64,000 nt of DNA from Klebsormidium nitens (lineage: Eukaryota > Plantae > Klebsormidiophyceae), in NCBI GenBank assembly GCA_000708835.1, contig DF237156.1:42686-106685 (forward strand), in the 5' to 3' direction. Each line of letters begins with the position of its first letter. Position 1 is the stretch's first letter. The position numbers were made by a program, and so were the translations under genes. Below the pieces are notes generated by a model, which saw nothing but the letters and a program-made list of their open reading frames with translations, had not been told where the DNA came from and searched no databases. This document shows, piece after piece, positions 39,601-49,088 of this stretch.

Positions 39601-40507
39601 ATGATAGAGCATTAAGTGACGAATCGAGTAACGGTTCGGGGGTGCGACTCACCTGGCGCATCGCCCCCCCTGATGTTCCTGCCATGTCGATCGAACGGTT
39701 GCCCGAGAACGGCTCTGCGAAAAGGTGCACACAAGAGGTGAGCAACTTTGACGATATCTGATTAGTCGTGGTAACCCTCGAAAGCCCCAGCTTTGGCCGG
39801 ACTATTTCGCCAAGGGCAGCGGAATCGTAGCAGACAAAATTCCCCTGAATCTGTGGAAACTGGGCGGCGGGACTGTGCAGAAATCGGAACGGGGGGACGT
39901 GGGCAGCTAGCTGACGTGTCCCTTCCGGCGACCAGTCGTCTGAGACTGCTCCTCTTTGGTTGCTCAGCGGTTATGCAACTTAATCCACATTCCGGGGGCG
40001 TTCGGAATGGATGCTTCAAGATTCTTGCCGCAAGCAACGTGAAGCAGATGCTCTCTGTCGATCAAGCGAAAGCGTCTGAGCAGACAAGAAGAGACGCGCT
40101 GATATATAAAAGCAAAAGATAGTGCCGTGAGCATGCACTCGGTCTAACAAGAGAATCTCATCGTGCTTCCAGATTTGTAAGATCACAGCAAATGCAAACT
40201 CACGCCATTGGAAGTTTCCGTCGACCTCGATGTTCCCCCCGCTGGGGGTTCCGTCTGGGTTATACGGGTTATAGATAATCTCCCAGCCGGTTAAGTACGC
40301 CCCAGTCGAGTTCCTCGGGTCGATTGTGACAAACGTGTCGCTTGTCGAAGAAGCGTCCTCGAAATCGCCGTTAACCAACAGGTTATCGCCGCTTGGGCTC
40401 GGCGAAAAGGGTGGGTAAGGCTGGGCGGACACATTCACACTGATCCAGCCCAGCAGGAGGAGCACAATGGCCAGCGGCCAGTGTGAAAAGGCTCTGGGTC
40501 GCGCCAT
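18641..40507 (-). CDS. Giant mosaic cell-surface/membrane protein (~2,900 aa, ~29 exons): signal peptide, 2x DUF642-like, Pro-rich, beta-helix-like repeats, Pro/Thr-rich stalk, Ig-like repeats, TRP-like multi-TM domain
   Basis: Exons: 40204-40507, 39653-39714, 38878-39181, 37798-37995, 37198-37259, 36508-36814, 35718-36185, 34436-35404, 34112-34183, 33543-33620, 32834-32905, 31981-32079, ~30500-31541, 29856-~30480, 28806-29209, 28162-28309, 27457-27752, 26946-27066, 26364-26517, 25717-25874, 25224-25327, 24064-24707, 23437-23633, 22847-22947, 22263-22443, 20854-21968, 20357-20470, 19669-19853, 18641-18815. Splice phases agree at the junctions traced. Frame breaks fall in poly-C runs (34.8-36.2 kb) and at ~30500. 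The only signal peptide is at 40507 (MARPRAFSHWPLAIVLLLLGWISVNVSAQ). Confidence 0.75.
18985..19669 (-). repeat. Four fossil copies of the 3' end plus donor of exon 19669-19853
   Basis: Copies of ...ATCGCGCT(G/C)CAGGCGCTGCCC..TTCGCCATCATCTTCCT.TC|GTGAG near 19510-19585, 19337-19422, 19165-19260 and 18990-19060. Spacing is ~150-190 bp and divergence increases with distance from the exon. Confidence 0.85.
19960..20185 (-). repeat. Two fossil copies of the acceptor plus 5' end of exon 19669-19853
   Basis: GCGCAG|CCGTTCCA(G/A)GAGGC.GGC..CAGCTGTGCGAGCTGATCAA is repeated at ~19968-20016 and ~20133-20180, in addition to the real copy starting at 19853. Confidence 0.85.
25717..28309 (-). other. Bacterial-Ig-like repeats (Big-type)
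   Basis: Motifs LSVGGHRLTIQTTDGFG...FTVDPVPPVV, FRDRAGNP, LLVDFGQPVTGF and ADYAGHPN resemble the DxAGN / F.EPVTGF / TVDTxPP signatures of Big domains (recalled family pattern, not searched). Confidence 0.55.
29856..31541 (-). repeat. Coding Pro/Thr/Ser-rich low-complexity stalk (PTTPAPV-, PVGTTPA-, PTLTPG-type short repeats)
   Basis: Direct translation of the minus-strand ORFs 30486-31961 and 29818-30504. Confidence 0.85.
31981..34183 (-). other. Parallel beta-helix (pectin-lyase-fold / POMP-type GGA[I/L/V]Y) repeats, about one per small exon
   Basis: GLLYISPGGTFNGTNLQFDS, NGGAVYNDGGTFNCTNCYFQYNTA, SGGALYQSSGITNCISCSFVSNSA and GGAAFIAGGTYNDPGSIYEGNTA, each on a phase-0 exon of 72-99 nt. Confidence 0.7.
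36508..40507 (-). other. Two tandem DUF642 / galactose-binding-like domains (exons 1-6 of the giant gene)
   Basis: NLLVNGDFE...GWEI...RSIDMAGTSGGAMRQSFST...LARNP...YGCVID and NLLLNPDFE...NWDV...RSIDMAGQTPGAISQSFVT...LSRNP...YGAVID. Both copies share intron positions, with a 62-nt middle exon in each. Confidence 0.8.
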
Positions 40508-42753
40508 CGAGCCTGCGCGAGGGTGGTGAGGAAATCGGGGGCAAGAAAAGCGCAAGGAAAACAGGAATTCGACGCAGATGTTCGGAGGGACAAAGAAAGA
40601 ACAAGGCTTCGCGAAAACCGGATTCCTGCATGTAACTGAAGAGCAATCCTCACAAACATCACAATCAGAAAACGAACAAAGGGTAGGGAAGAAGATGTGG
40701 AAAACATTGTCAGAATTAACACCGGTAGAGGAGTTTTCTTCTGCAAAGTGTCTGAAAGGTGACCTCTGAGGAGCCATTTGAAAGTATAAACGCAGCGCTA
40801 GCCATGCATGAGCAAATTTGCACTCTAAATTAGGGAACGGTTATAAACCGTTGGTTGACAGTGCGACGATGACAGCAAGATGACAAAAGCGTTGTTTTCC
40901 CCCAAAAGCTCGACAACAGGTGACGCACATGTCTTCTCAAAGAAGAGGTCGCTCCGACTCAAGTCAGCAGCGCAAGGCAAACGATATGCCGAATTCGGTG
41001 CGCCTAATCGGGGTTGCCTGTTGCTGGACCCAGTGAATTCCTTGTCGGACATGGATGCGCTTACCTTCAATCCAATCGGCAGCAGAAGACTATCGTCCCT
41101 CCGACACAAGACAGTTTTCTCTCGAAACTTACGTCCATGTACCTGCGAAAGAAAAGGGCGAATAGGTATGTGCTGAATCAGAAGGACTCATGTGCCGTTT
41201 GCAACGTCCATGAACACTTCCGTCTTGATGGGTTCGATCTTTCGTGCCCTCGAAGATCTCAAGGTGTTGCAAGTTCAGCCCGTCGTTCCTTTATGACCGA
41301 ACTGCCAAAGCCCACTAGCTGAAAACCACAATACGGAATCAGAGATATAGATATTTACAATCAGAATGCGAGTTAAAAACACTGAAGTTTTGGGGCCCCC
41401 GGATGCAGTCGTCGCCCCTTCTCCGAAAGATCACCTGTTACGTCGCTACTCGTTCCACCAGAAAACGGCAGTGCCGAGACGCCTGCTAGCCAAGTTGCCG
41501 CCTTATGGTCGAGAGAAGAAGTGAAACAAATCGTTCCTTTAAGATTTTCAGCCGATACTCCTCCTAGCTAATGCAGCAGGATGCGCTGCCAAACGAGGTG
41601 CCCAACGTTCAGGATCGGAAAGGTGTCTTCAAAAGGGTATCGTTAAAAGAAACCAATTGTTTCTTGCTCTGCTGAGGTAGACACAACGTAGCGTCTAATG
41701 CTTCGCTGGTTTACGAATACAACAACCTCTCCTTGAGGAATAAAGGGCTGCTGATTTTGCATCAAGCTGTGACGCATGAAGCGCCGTGAGATACATCCCT
41801 GAGCAACTTTCTGCAATCACTAAAAGGTTAAAAGATTACACACATACAGGGGTAAGGGGAGCTCATGATGTTGAGCAGATTGAGCTGGTTAGATTGTCTA
41901 AGAGTGCAGGGTTAAGGAAAATGGGGTTCAGAGGCGCCGGGGATAGCCATGCAGTAGCTTCAGATCACACCTTTTCCCTTAAGCACCTACCATGCATGCG
42001 GGGTGGTCAACTGAACACTGTCTAGGTATGAAGGACAGTAATTCCTATTATGGAGAATATTTCCTCCTTTTCCATTGGATCCCAACACTCCGCACATCGC
42101 CAGCGCACTACTCCAAACTACGCCGCCAAACCAGACCCTCTCCAAACCAACGCACAGCATTGTAAAGGCACGATATTGGTGGAGCTTGATAACCGCGTCT
42201 TTCATTTCCATCGGTGGGATTGGCTCCCACCGCATTTCAAAGGTGCGGACGCATGCAATGCGCAAAGTGCTGCCTCTGCTAGAAAGTAAACAATCAGCAC
42301 AGCGCCCTAGAAAATCCGGCCTGCCCACCCAAGCGCAGATCTACAAGTCTAGGGGCCTATCCACAAACCTGAAGTTCCCCAGAAACCTCATGTGCCATGC
42401 GTGCCGCACACATACAGCTGGCTGGTTAGCTTCACCCTGGCGCGCAAGCTCTGCTGAGAGGATTTGGCCAAAATACATGACTGCCCGCAGCTTGAAATCC
42501 TAACCCCCAGTATCTGGAATCCAGCTGCATTCCCCACAGTCACATCTCTCTTTCACAGCCCTCTAACTGCCACAGGGGTTTTCTCATTCTGGATCTGGCT
42601 GTGTTTTAACATTGGTAAGGCCAGGGGGAGAAAATGCCACCAAGGTTTTTGGTGAGGATGTCTGTTTAAGGGTTTTTGGTGAGGGTTTCAGGTCTAACGT
42701 TTTCCAGGAAGCAGTTCTGCTGAGGGGGTTTGGGCAGAGGCTTCTTCAGAAAA

Positions 42754-43471
42754 TCACCATGTTTGACATCCCAGAATCCCCCATTGCGCCTGGTCAAAGA
42801 GTTGAGCTGTCCTTTCACGGATGGCGAGTGAAGAGCCCAGCGGTTCACTCCCGAAAATGTCAAATCTACAGGTAGCAGAAGGGGAAACTAATTTCCATTT
42901 GCAATTTGGGTGTGTTACAATCACTCACTTCAGCTCCATGCGTGCAACTTTCCCCTCCGGTGGCGCCGCTTTTAAGTCCGCTCTTGAGCCCAGTTTGTTA
43001 CACCCCGCCCAAGAAGCCTTGAACTGAAGTCCCTTACGCAGCGCTATACATTCTCTCATGCAGAAGCTTGTAAGGAGCCACCCTTTCCGCTCTAGTGCTT
43101 CAGGCAACAGTGCCTACAAGTCTACAGGGTGTCTCTGTGCTTGAGAAATAACCACTTACTTAAACTTTCTACTCCTCTGCACACAATCAAAACCGCCCAC
43201 GATCAGGCGGAACTGCCCGAAGGTACCGAAGACGCGTCCGAGCGTAATTTCAAAACCTCCCTCTTGGGAAGTTCTACACTTCTCCAAACAGCTGTTGACT
43301 TCTATCAACAACTTACTATTCTCTTGGGCAGCTTGCTGAAGCGCGCATGGAGATCTGCTACGAGTCCTAAGCGTGGCGGAATGGCACATGCCAGCTTTTC
43401 TCTAGTGAGATCCTCTTTGAAGCCCGCTTTCTCGCGCTTGCGTTCCCGCGCTTTTCTTCGCCATTCCCATG
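42754..43471 (-). CDS. Putative partial multi-exon gene, unknown product
   Basis: Three phase-compatible exons with canonical internal borders: 43317-43471 (...REKAGFKEDLTREKLACAIPPRLG...KRI|gtaagt), 42929-43113 (ALLPEALERKGW...MELK|gtgagt) and 42754-42865 (FDIFGSEPLG...GCQTW*). No start or family identified. Confidence 0.35.
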
Positions 43472-44983
43472 CTCAAGAGCATGCAACAGGACCATGCTTA
43501 ACTCCTGAGATGCAGAATTGCAATGTCATGTCAAACCTGGCGCATCAAGGAGCGTGTTCCCTGAGATTCAAAAGAACTAAACCTGACAATGGTCACAATG
43601 GCAACAACAATGAGACGGCCCGAAGTCCTGCCGGGGGGGCCCTCGTGATGCTGCACAAATCGCCACTGACTGAGAAGTCTCTGGAGCAACGTGGATGACA
43701 GAACGCCTAGCGGGTTAGTCGGTTTGGTCGTGTTGAACGTTTGCGCGAAAGAATTTCTAGAGTTGCACGTTCAAAGGCTATTGAATTAGGTCACAGGTGC
43801 GACTTTATCCCACTTGCTTGGGAGTCCTCCTAAGGACTCGGGGACGCTTGTGTACCTACAACTGGAGAAAAGAATCAGCACTCAGTGCTCATTCAGTAAC
43901 TGTAATATTTACACACCCTAGTGGGCATGTAGCAATGTACCTGGTACCCGCTCTAAACTAGGTACATACCGCAGCAGTCTCAATTATCACCTTTCGTTAG
44001 GGGACAGGCATGGTACCGGGCCCCGGCCCTTTAGGATATGATATGTAGGTACACAACTTGCAGGTGTCGGCGACGTCTTGAAACGGCAGGGCGCCGAGAC
44101 GGTCGCTGCAAAGAGCACGGGGACGACCGAGTGGACCGGATATGATTGGTCAACCTTAATGGCCGGTTTGTACAATGATTGAACCCATCAGGCTGGATTG
44201 GAGATCTGGATTTTTGAAGGTTGCATTTCACTCGTCGATTTGTCAATTTGTAATCATTTGAACGGTTCCTGAAAGTCCACGTATTATGCAACAAAGTCCA
44301 GGTTGAGAAGTTCTGACAAGTAGCATGATTGCCAAACCTGAAACCTGCTTCCTTATGTTGTCATCTTGAGCTGGGACAACTAGGTTTTACCCAACAAACC
44401 TTTGCATGCGCTAACGGTCAAGGCGGACTGACAGTGAGCCAGGCTGAGGGCGGTAAAGGTTAATCGACGTGAGAAGAATGTGCGAAGCTGCCACGAAACC
44501 TTGCCAAATATGGTCACATACGGCTTGCTCCATGTGGCAGATCCTGAATGGTGAAGGTCCTTCGAAAAGTAAATGTGGGCGCACCTGGGATTCCGTCTGC
44601 TAACGACGGACCTATCCGGGCCGACGTCATTTCGGCCGAGGCTCCTACTGTGCTTCAATGGATACCCGCTGTGAATGGATTACATAGCTACCGTATGTAG
44701 CTTTGAGCGCTGGGCGTAGAGGCGAATGCAAGTCGCCATTGCTGATTGAGATGTTCACAGCTAGTCTCTGCAGACGTCAGCAGGTAGAATTGCTGCAACA
44801 CTCAGGAGTCCAGCCGCAGTAATCTGCTCTAACAAGAACCTTGCACAGCTCTAGATTCCCACCGTGTCTTCGCATTCAAAGCTTTCCGGCTGACCTCGCT
44901 GATACGCCTTTGCATTTGGTCACAATCCCCTCTCGTGATCAACCAAATCTACTCGACGTCGACGTCGCTTCACATTCTGTCAC

Positions 44984-47811
44984 ATGCTTCATTCTCAGCT
45001 CTCATCACTTCACGCCGCTCCCTTCCTTCCTTTAATCCAATTCCAGCCATCTAGATCTCCACATTTCCAGCTCAAGCCAGCTCGACTTGTCAGCTCGACG
45101 GTACATACCATGGCTGCCAGAAAAGAACCGGCTACCGGCTCCAGCTTCGCTGAGAAGAGCCACGACTTTGCTGGGAAGACGCTGCATTTGCTGGGCGCAG
45201 GTGACTTCTTCTTGAGAAGTGTTCAAAGAAGTTCCCTGGAAATGGCCCCCTCTTGTTCTTGCTGCCACGACGTGGCAAGGAAGTCGCACGTTAGAAACGC
45301 ACTCTTTTCGTTTGCCCATGCTAAGTATCTCGACTAGTAAGGTGCCACCTGCAGCCAACCCTTGGGTTCATGTACCAGGACTTGACAGGCATAGATAAGA
45401 TTTTGGCAAATCACCTTTCCCCAAAAAAGAAACGGTGTCATGGGTTTTCGAGGTTGGACAGGATGTGAATGCTGGGGGTTTGTAAGTTTGGAAGTTTCTC
45501 AGTAGTCGGCTTGAGGTGATCCAAGAAAATTACTGCAATGAATCTTCAAAATTCTGGGGGTCATATGTAAGTGCGGTTCACAACAAGAAGCAACACCCCA
45601 GGGACTCTTTCTTTCACCAGGGTTCTCATTCAGCTTTTTGTACAGTAGTACTGGAGTGCCCGTTAAAGAGGTGACTGGCGATCCTCCAACAGAAGAATTC
45701 CTCAGTCTTCTTATCTATCCTTCAGAATACGTTGGAGTGTTGTATTACGATTCCTTTTCAACGAATCTTTCTTCAACCCCCAAAATCTAGAGACATAATC
45801 CAAACAGGATGTCGAGCTGTCGTGCCAGTTGCCAGTCAGTTTTTACAACCCTATTTGCTTTTGTCCATTTTCTAGTACAAAGAAATCTAACTACCGTCTC
45901 CAAACGCAGGCGTAAGGGAGAGGAAAGTCGGCTTCATGACCGTGAAAGCGTTTGCTCTCGGGTTGTACATCGACGATGAGGGGCTTCAGCTGTTGCACCG
46001 CTTCAAGGGCAACACCGCCTCCCAGCTCGAAAAGTCTGAGGACTTCTACAAGCAGCTCATGACAGGTGGGTAAGCTACGGGACTGGTTCTCATCCACGGA
46101 ACCAGAATGAAGCACTTAAAATTCAGACTGAAACACGCAAGAACCCATCAAAAAGTTGCGGGCACGGATGCCTGCCAACCTGCTTTTACTTTTTCGATTT
46201 CCAGATCTTAAAAGCTCGGAAACTCCAGCGCACTCCAGACGTGTCAGGCTGGCGTGTAGAACATGCTCGGGACTTTTCCCCGGGCAACAGCAAGCGGTTT
46301 GAACGGAACCCAGGGCAGGAACCTGTCAAAGTCTCTTGTTCTGGTCTACCATTTTTTTTACCAACAGCGCATCATTCAAGTTTCTTTTGCTGACATGCAG
46401 GCAACTTCAGCAAGCAGTTCGAGATGATTCTCCAGCGCGACGCGACCGGCGAGGACTTCGGCAAGAAGCTTCAAAAGTCTCCCGTTCTTAACAGCATATT
46501 CAATTCTTGGGCACGCGTTTTTTACTCTCTGTTCCTCCAACGCAGGCAACTTCAGCAAGCAACTCGAGATGATTCTTCAGCGCGACGCGACCGGGGAAGA
46601 CTTCGGCAAGAACCTGCAGGAGACTCTGAAGCCCGGGGTATTGGCGCACGGGGGAAGCGGCGCCGACTTGGATAAGCTGAACGCCCTGTTTAAGGGCAAG
46701 ACGATGAAAAGCGGCGCGGGCATCTTCATGGCGACTAGGACCCCGGGCGTGCTGGAGGTGGGTCGCCCTCGCAGACGCTCGAGAACCGCTTTCCATCAGT
46801 TTGTACGAATTCAGAGGTTTTGCATTCAGCGACGTAAGCTCAAGAAAGAGATGTGTCCGTTGCTTTCCTTCCATGAGTCTCCTTGCAAGTCTGTCTCGCT
46901 TTCTCAGACCTACCGTGACGAAAGCGCGAACATCTAGTTGCAAGCGCGTACCTGGTCTCACCAGTGGAACATGGGGACTCTAACGGTAGGCTTGCCAATG
47001 TGTATGGTTACCGACGCTTCGAAGCTAGTAAAAATGCTTCTTTGAAAGGCTTATCAGGACCAAAACTCGCTAAAGTGCCCTTCGTTTTAAGTTGCCTCTG
47101 GTTGTTTTCGACGTCAAAGATGACGTTCGGGATCTCAGTCCACCAGGTCGGTACGGCTCAGGATCCGCTTCCAAGCTGGACTCTTTTGATTGATGACGCT
47201 TCTAAGCTGGAGCCCCTGAATCTGCTGGTGTGCGATAGTCTAGGTTTCTTTACCAGAAGATTATAATGACGTCTTTTGCAGAATACAACTCACCAAGCAA
47301 TTTCGAGAACGGAAAGTTCTTCTCCTCGTTCTAGGTCGGCTTGGTTGACGACGCGTCCAAGCTCAACCCCGTTAAGACCCTATGAGCGCTCGCTTAGGTA
47401 TCATCTTTTTGGAACCCCAGAAAGGTGGTTGAATTACGATCTTTCAAGAAACCCAAGGAATGGTTAAGGAAAATTTTCTCTCTCCTCGATTGAGGTCGGC
47501 TTGACTGACGACGCTTCCAAGCTGGAGCCCCCTTCAAACCTAGTTAGCGCTTCGTTCAGTCTCCTAACCCAGAAAAACATGGTCGAACAACACAAGTTCA
47601 ATCTAATACTGGAACGTTCTTGTTTTTTATCTAGGTCGGTTTGGTTGAGGACGCTTCCAAGCTTGAGCCCCCCGCCGCGCCCCTCGGTTCCGTGGAGTCT
47701 CCCCCGGTGGTTGCCGCCCTTTTTGAGAATTACCTGGGACCCAAAGCCGTGTCTCCTTCCGCCAAGTCCGCCTTCGCCGCGGGGGCCGCCAGCCTGCTGG
47801 CAACCGTGTGA
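44984..47811 (+). CDS. Chalcone-isomerase-fold protein (FAP / CHI-like fatty-acid-binding protein), 4 exons, probable plastid transit peptide
   Basis: Exons 44984-45200, 45910-46065, 46546-46757 and 47635-47811, phases consistent. Motifs EPATGSSF, LLGAGVRERKV...FALGLYID, LILQRD-like MILQRDATGEDFG and GSVESPPVVAALFENYLGPKAVSPSAK are CHI-fold signatures. A second ATG at 45110 follows a 42-aa Ser/Pro/Leu-rich, acid-free extension. Confidence 0.88.
46401..46480 (+). repeat. Fossil copy of the acceptor plus 5' end of CHI-fold exon 3
   Basis: GCAG|GCAACTTCAGCAAGCAG... sits 145 nt upstream of the real exon start at 46546, so it is out of frame, and it has no donor. Confidence 0.9.
47140..47535 (+). 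repeat. Four fossil copies of the start of CHI-fold exon 4 (VGLVEDASKLEP)
   Basis: AG|GTCGG...GACGC.TC.AAGCT.GAGCCC variants at ~47146, ~47190 (partial), ~47334 and ~47494; real exon at 47635. Confidence 0.85.
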
Positions 47812-47877
47812 ATGCTGACGTCACGATGTGACGCAAAAATGCTAGATAAGTTTGTAGTTTTAGCCAGTGCGATTCTG

Positions 47878-47980
47878 AGAATTACCTGGGACAAAGCCGT
47901 GTCTCCGTCGGCCAAGTCCGCTTTTTCCGCGGCCGGGCGCCGCCAACTTGCTGGCAACCGTGTGACTGCTGACGTCACTG
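47878..47980 (+). repeat. Downstream duplicate of the CHI-fold 3' end including the stop codon
   Basis: GAGAATTACCTGGGAC..AAAGCCGTGTCTCC...GCAACCGTGTGA..GCTGACGTCAC repeats 47728-47824. Both units end at a TGACGTCA. Confidence 0.9.
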
Positions 47981-49088
47981 TGAGATGGATAACCATGCTG
48001 GTTGGCGCGGATACCGGCGCTTCTTTCCTTAAAGGGGAGCGATTTTGGGGAGTACGTTGCCAGGCGCTGGAATTGTTCGGCGGCTCTTGAGTTTAGTGTT
48101 GTGTGACATGGCTCGTCAGACAAAGTCGATGCAGCCAGCTTAATTTTTGCCGCTAAGAGACCGTACCAGTTGTCAGGTGTTCGGTAATTAAGACCGAGAG
48201 GTGTACGTTATAAAACTTGGAAAGTTTTGCCATTACGATTTGTTATTTCTGAGCATATACAAATCCTTTGCTGGCTTTCAAATCAACCGTGTACTGTGGT
48301 ATACCGGCGCTGAGTCAATTACTCAAAAGCTGGCTACTACTATAGGCGATATACCTACCGGCCCTCCGCATTGCGCGTAAAGTCGGATGCACATGCACGA
48401 ATACAGAACATGCAAATCCGATCAGGGCTTATAGACAGTAAGTACGTTTAAGTGCAGCGGCGCTGCATGTACGGTCCTCCCGGCCATCACGAATTGCATG
48501 CTCCTCAGCGGCCGCCTGGCCATGTTGTTACCGTCCGAAAGCACATGTGTGGAGTCAGATCGACGAGTCATGCATGCCATCCAGTTAATGATAGCACTGA
48601 GGTTTGCTAGCTGCGCGCTGACCGACCTAGCTGCAGCGGATCGCGATTCGACTCGATCATGTGGCGTGCACGTGCCAGCGGCAGAGTCATGCGCACTCGG
48701 TAAAGTGCGACCCCGCATCCTCTCTTGACAGTGACCCTAACCAGACGCAATCCTGTGGCAATGCATCACAGCATGACTGTCGTGACATGCTTGAAAGATG
48801 ATTCTAGGCTTTGAATCCAAGGCGAGTGCGCTCCTCAAGTTTGTCAACGAATGAAACGGACCTCACCGTACATTTTTGCAGAATGGATTTGACGAGCCTA
48901 GTCCCTTGCATACGCTGATACACGACCCCTCAGTGTTTTACCGACTCCGTGCAAGTATCTATGACCTACCATTTCGTGATGCGTTTAGTATCAAAAGAAT
49001 GTTATGCAAAACTCTAGTAAAAATCCCGGACGCCAGCGACCTGTATTCTGTACACACTCAGAACGAAGCCCTTTCAAACACGCGGCGC

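Noticed and set aside
42080-42200. METTL21-like motif GGVVWSSALAMC (minus) and gypsy-integrase-like IVKARYWW (plus)
   Set aside because: Both are isolated short matches. There is no SAM-binding ELGAG motif and no HHCC or DDE continuation, and the first lies just after a likely donor site.
44077-44150. Exon-like block GVGDVLKRQGAETVAAKSTGTTEW on the plus strand
   Set aside because: It has a weak donor and no phase-compatible partner, and it cannot be linked to the CHI-fold gene, which has its own start.
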